From the NCBI GenBank assembly GCA_050950825.1, contig JBMNIH010000002.1, forward strand, positions 512,001-576,000: a DNA stretch of 64,000 nt. Direction: 5' to 3'. The notes beneath the pieces are model-generated. The model had not been told where the DNA came from and searched no databases. It worked only from the letters and a program-made list of their open reading frames with translations. This DNA comes from Clostridia bacterium (GTDB lineage Bacteria > Bacillota > Clostridia > JAAYHZ01). The translations under genes were made by a program, and so were the position numbers. Each line of letters opens with the position of its first letter. Within the stretch, counting starts at the first letter, position 1. Of this stretch, positions 61,001 to 64,000 are shown piece by piece.

Positions 61001-64000
61001 TGTTGGATGTAAAGTTGGATAGAGCTTACCTCACCGATTTCTACATCGGTACGGCGAGGCTGGATATCGGATACGATACCCCGATCAACGTTTCCATCAC
61101 AAATGCCCAATTCGAAGACGGAGGAGGCGCTTCCTTTAACGTATTGACAAAGGGAACGGTTTACCTTACGGAACCGGTGTACCTTGAAAGCATAGGCTTG
61201 ACAATGGTAAGCTTGGATTTTTCTCCGAACCGAAAAGTTGCGAAGGTTAGCGGGTATCTGGAAAGTAGAAATCCGAATCAAAACTTGGCAGGTAGTCTTT
61301 ACGTTTTGGAATTCCATAATGCCAAATTAAGCCCCGGGAAGATACAAATCACGAATAACCTGCCCCGCATACGCTATAAGCAGTTTACATTCGAACACTT
61401 GAACGATATCACCATCCTGCTTGGCGCTTCCGGCGATCCGAATCAAATATTATTGGAAATGACCGGCGACGGCATCTATATGAAATCTCACTTGGAAACT
61501 CTCAGCAATAAAGGATTGCAATTCGAGAACAGCGTCATGCGTTTTGATATGTCCGGAAAAATGGATGCCGAGTTTTCCACCTCCAAAGAGCAATTCTTGC
61601 AGTTGCTGGTACCGGGTGGTGCCGGATTGCGAATACAAAAAGCGGAGCTAAGATTTGTAGACGGAGAGGTGAAAAAAGACGGCAAGCTTTACGGCAAACT
61701 GGTGATTCCCTTTGAGAAGGCCTCCGCCGGGGGCTCTCTCGTTCCGGCGGTTTATGCGGGAGGGCATCCCGCCCACAGTACCATGGACGACCTTGCGGAA
61801 GGAGACGGAGAGCTTACGGACGGAGAAATGGTTACCATGGGAGACGTATTGGTACATTACGGCGAGGTCGTACAGCAAAACAGCCTTTTAATCCTACCCT
61901 CCGCCTTTTCACTTCAGGACAAATGCGCATCCGTTCCCATTACATTAAATAACTGGGATGGCGAAGGCTTCATGGTGGAATCCTCCGAGATGGACCCCGT
62001 GAGGGTGACAAACCGCAATGTTTCCGGCGGTTCATCCCAAGACGGCTTTTATATCTATACACAACGTGCCCAGGCTGTCATCGTGTATCCTTCCGGCGTA
62101 TCGTTAGACTTAAGCCGCGATGCTTTCTTACCGGGAGCAGCCGGCTCTCAAAGCCAAGGCAATGACGAGGTAATTTTAACACCCAAGGAAACGCATATGC
62201 CGTTTTGGACGGGTATCGTCATTAAAGGCGGAAAGCTTGAATTGCCATCGGCTTACCTAAAGCAAGAAAACGGCGGGAACATCGAGTTTGAATTGGCGGA
62301 AGGCGAGATGATTTACGATTTAAACGGATTTAATTACCAAACCTATATGTACAGCAGTGATCCCGACGGTGTCCCGGCTTCCTTCGGTGATAATTTAGGC
62401 GGATTCAAGGATGTTCGGATTCAAGACTGTCTTTTGGATATGTATGCCAACCGCGTTAATCTGGAGGTTCATGCCAGAGTAAGAGTCGATCTTTTCCATC
62501 ACAATTGGGTGGAAGCCAAGCTCTATACCGATGAGAAAGGCAAATTCATCTGCTCGGTGGCTCCTACGTTAATGGAAAACGGTTTTGCAGAAGGCATGGA
62601 CTTGGCTATCGACGGAGGATTCTTTGAGCCGGAAGGGTTAAGAATCAGCGGCAAGATCGTATTGCCTAAGCCCGGAACGGAAGGTTATGAGATCGGGTCA
62701 ACGAAGCCTTTGGCGTTTAGTGACCTAATCGTACCCTCCGACCTAAACAAAATTCGCGAGCAGACCGGGGATAATCCTTACGGTACTGCATTCCTCGATA
62801 AAGCGGTAACCATCGATTTTAAAGGTTTTCCGATGGAAATACGCAGTTTCGATATTAGCTATACCGCGCCGAAAAATTATGCGGTACCGAACACCGGACC
62901 GAAACCCGCTTGGATGGAGGTGACGCTACAAGGCGCAACGCAGCTTTCGGACACCATACCTTTATCCGATGAAACGACGGATTTATTGACAGTAAAATGT
63001 GCGGACGAAGAAGTTCTCCCGCAGGTCTTGTTTGACAAAACCTTCTCCGTCTTAAAGCATTCCTTTGACGGATGTATCGATGTTACCGGCAAGCTGATTC
63101 CCAAAAAGATCGGCGGTGCAAGCGGTGCCGTCGAGTATGAAACCGATACGTTGGTCATCAACTTCTTAGGACAAAATCTTCAGGATTTGCCGGTAACTCA
63201 TTATGCTCGTTTTGGAAAGGCGGATAATAAGTTCTACTTCGCCATAGGTCTTACGCCTAAAGGCGGAGCACCAATCAACTTCGGCGCCGGCAATATCGAA
63301 AAATTTACCGGATTGATAGCGCAAAACATGCAAATCGGAAAAGACGCCCAAGGCAAATTGACATTCCCGGACAAAGCCGGTGAAATGGAAAACTATATTA
63401 AAAATCTGCAGCCGGGCGGCGGAAAATTCGCGGGCGGTATAAAAGGCGAAATGACCGTCATCAAGCTATGCACAATCAAAAACTTGTACTTCGGGTTTGA
63501 ACCCGGTCCGAAGGTTACCGCCGGCGGAAACGTATATATGCCTTTGGACATCGAATCCATTGTCAACGGTAACCCCACAAGACATATGGGCGAAGCCGTG
63601 ATACAATACCGGCATACCGACCGGTACTTTTCCTTCAACATGACCTTTGACCGAGTGGGAATCGTCTTGTTTGATTTCAGCGGCAGCATGGGGATGGAAT
63701 ACAGTCCGAAGCTGTTCGGCGTTCGAATCGGATATCCGGAAACACTGGCCACCAACTTCCAATTGGGACCCTTCCCTGTACGTGTCGGTATGGGATTGGG
63801 CTTTCGCATTGACCAAGAGAACGAATCCATGGTTCAAGCAAAGCTTGAGTTCGGCCTTGAGAAAAACCTTGAAATATCCATCGTATATCTCCACGGCTAT
63901 ATATATGCCGGCGCAGACGGAGCCTATTATTGGGGCGGACCCCATGGCAACCGAATTGTTTTGGATCTTTATTTAAAAGGCGGTATTAACGGCGGAATAC
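55069..64000 (+). CDS. Giant exported multidomain protein (>2970 aa, partial): FN3 domains, five Ig-like repeats, long beta-rich C-terminal region
   Basis: AGAAGGAGG SD, ATG 55069 and an N-terminal TM/signal. Frame +1 was open at every point translated through the window end (...LDLYLKGGINGGI), and no terminated ORF is listed for this frame. Confidence 0.9.
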   Translation, partial: MKQTNDPFRRIWKLFQTYPIPSLLVTCLVLGMIVTGILWGSGAFAPVPAFTYLPDREYILAPDTPSEPKTLKELLHSDTPDADILLKNPSIARELAQAEKLTDIVDSRLALNNLRTLDQQLAELLNDESMIVLDFSDESEASVAGLEASPDSSDSPDQPSPSFSPKNILILEEQRNKTMSLKSHTERLLKAPELGQMIGYPPTINVKGVWQSPDEALIHMVPSGDWLPEQGYKLYRVVNGQKTLIAEKLASPEKGLRGELKVLNADMIQELYKQADLSSDKLKALGMSADEFRNMAYRTFSSESKPRVNGEIDFLAMKQAMITVPAGYEQKIPETDRLLNSSIIVLGSQLSEPFTGNEANGFLWKKYSVNQANFPTPIDTLKLQPAGETKFSLAQQILAARQQISTLAFVNDEFAEAAGFLVRDDLSELNLPDGTQITYSVEMPAHANKEISVTKGVENNLTQPQKLLGYGIDGTAHLRWAEAESQQEKSILSGYHIERRLDGEKEFKKITDTPVVITYILDETNLYFQSPVFYEDTVDNGRTAEYRIYSIDIFGRRSEYSEILTVNVEKVTPPNAPTVEAPHFSNIEKLTGISVTSSEPEIGIAESPMVQLVQNANPGLPGVILPIFTDSPDTVRFTVYRATAVGAGKISAPEAVADIEYDNPKAGLSEEEIQPQLSLTSEFPKLKSSYRAFTLKKGLSKNVKYLQLTNPESLSPDMIFLDTDIVEGCTYKYWVSAWDSWNNESAWSRSVTMAVPTNAEPGIPDELYISMHQRQLIDTSAEPPGLLNNATVSFADLENRKDLPFRPVPAGSITETIESALTEGVTIGSFVTASSLFPSVIDFGYNNLPEDKYIHAIIAIRGEDVYPDGTARLKWPAYSGESLGGYIIYKAQFKMRPLEEIQQMSQEDILRMGRWKKMNTSANTQNQVLISGLNPIPGSLYLFLVCLQPDEPEENMFSSFFTTTMTSQLLYQTEYISHFLNNPEGGYVYIDWDVPDDPQVDYYRVYRSEVPSFKEPIDESKLEWTLVADLLENPKYTERVDQSFAHYYYYKVTTVSPWGVESGTGAVQRFRVPSTKPPQTPNLLLPLQTKDGVKVQFSAVSHCDRYEIYRAVIPKLGEKDISELLNSDREVHEALFSPPSIEDTYLTDLLNDYLFPGSTAVTLPSGFGGSTGSSAAQNAVSNSLHFTVSPITKLKTITQFNVVSVIDNLKVIDSTTLRKTYKNILEKYGPLAFADYIDLSENMMRKVKWEKIGEVPSDYNTTEEAGPLGNKPLSFTDTTAMYGVRYLYTVQAWNEDNLGSSRPEPVEATPRRNRPFDPIDGLIGEIDEDGKVSLSWNTPKMYPLTPEKCLEDTVGYIVYRSDTADGIYYQASPLLFDNKWTDEEADPYAFNRYKVKVLDTGGYLSEFSQAVLVRKPTYVPSLVTVIPSLDILTISFDNNKFSITEGEAFETAYSLSGLGDITVSIKVTGDSGLSATGFSIDQEECIIRASRSLAPGTYYVTATAKNEAGETSASFTLTVQKKTVIAKPEITFEKDKYTVSQGDPFETVYSLTGTEPINITMKAVTGTNLLAGGFAVNPETRKVTAESNLKPGSYLVTVTAKNEAGEASASFTLTVSEKLTVIPPFISFDGNDFHSTEGEEFSTVYELIGTKPVTVTLKAVTADGKASDGFVPDQASYTIRTEKSLKAGIYHVTVTAKNEAGETSASFTLTVSEKPSGQAPVIAFDGDSFHIVQGDEFGTVYELSGTEPVTVTVSAKSADTGKLAEGFSVDQSMYLVKAGPDLPEGTYIVTVTAQNAAGQSSVSFTLTVRPRITAPKLSEREDNYNFKITTGSSDFKIQLYAEGTEPLRWSLRSSSSRLNTLPSEVSIDNNGLLTVKKEIKAGTYGFIVRVENEAGADERAITLTVTALLKPFSSNGSYPSINNSYLLLSGTSTQVLSNITKTAVTTNISPTPGSANPGTFVPTHDYETDLMKCMGFDLLDVKLDRAYLTDFYIGTARLDIGYDTPINVSITNAQFEDGGGASFNVLTKGTVYLTEPVYLESIGLTMVSLDFSPNRKVAKVSGYLESRNPNQNLAGSLYVLEFHNAKLSPGKIQITNNLPRIRYKQFTFEHLNDITILLGASGDPNQILLEMTGDGIYMKSHLETLSNKGLQFENSVMRFDMSGKMDAEFSTSKEQFLQLLVPGGAGLRIQKAELRFVDGEVKKDGKLYGKLVIPFEKASAGGSLVPAVYAGGHPAHSTMDDLAEGDGELTDGEMVTMGDVLVHYGEVVQQNSLLILPSAFSLQDKCASVPITLNNWDGEGFMVESSEMDPVRVTNRNVSGGSSQDGFYIYTQRAQAVIVYPSGVSLDLSRDAFLPGAAGSQSQGNDEVILTPKETHMPFWTGIVIKGGKLELPSAYLKQENGGNIEFELAEGEMIYDLNGFNYQTYMYSSDPDGVPASFGDNLGGFKDVRIQDCLLDMYANRVNLEVHARVRVDLFHHNWVEAKLYTDEKGKFICSVAPTLMENGFAEGMDLAIDGGFFEPEGLRISGKIVLPKPGTEGYEIGSTKPLAFSDLIVPSDLNKIREQTGDNPYGTAFLDKAVTIDFKGFPMEIRSFDISYTAPKNYAVPNTGPKPAWMEVTLQGATQLSDTIPLSDETTDLLTVKCADEEVLPQVLFDKTFSVLKHSFDGCIDVTGKLIPKKIGGASGAVEYETDTLVINFLGQNLQDLPVTHYARFGKADNKFYFAIGLTPKGGAPINFGAGNIEKFTGLIAQNMQIGKDAQGKLTFPDKAGEMENYIKNLQPGGGKFAGGIKGEMTVIKLCTIKNLYFGFEPGPKVTAGGNVYMPLDIESIVNGNPTRHMGEAVIQYRHTDRYFSFNMTFDRVGIVLFDFSGSMGMEYSPKLFGVRIGYPETLATNFQLGPFPVRVGMGLGFRIDQENESMVQAKLEFGLEKNLEISIVYLHGYIYAGADGAYYWGGPHGNRIVLDLYLKGGINGGI
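59350..60790 (+). repeat. Five tandem ~96-aa Ig-like repeats in the giant protein
   Basis: Recurring F.T.Y.L.GT.P..V...L..G.Y.VTVTAKNEAG..SASFTLTV; DNA repeat AAAAACGAAGC.GG...CCTTTACGCTGACGGT about every 290 bp. Confidence 0.88.

Noticed and set aside
55101-63976. Numerous short ORFs listed on both strands in 55-64 kb
   Set aside because: They are shadows of the single giant frame +1 ORF and show no recognisable motifs.

Overview
Chromosomal window from a spore-forming anaerobic Firmicute (Clostridia-like; cotJABC, SleB-like hydrolase, rubredoxin). Most of it is housekeeping or sugar-catabolic genes: rhaA, sulfatase, GH63-like hydrolase, coaD, rsmD, trmL, tatD, split transketolase, glnA, and a B12-riboswitch-controlled ABC importer. 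Three accessory zones stand out. (1) 17991-21432: an unusual IS30-family element with a 13-bp target duplication, six copies of a 20-bp end motif, a ~500-bp structured non-coding left end and a Cys-rich transposase insertion, interrupted by a nested IS3 element. (2) 47750-53924: an AT-rich array of four paralogous orphan lipoproteins (one intact, one frameshifted, two internally deleted), three of them bracketed by a duplicated terminator. (3) 54343->64000: a DUF3592/DUF2500-like membrane protein followed by a giant ORF (>2970 aa) that the ORF track omits because it runs off the window; it has FN3 domains, five Ig-like repeats and a long Gly/aromatic beta-rich region. Several +1 homopolymer frameshifts suggest long-read assembly errors. 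All family assignments come from motif recognition by eye, not database searches.
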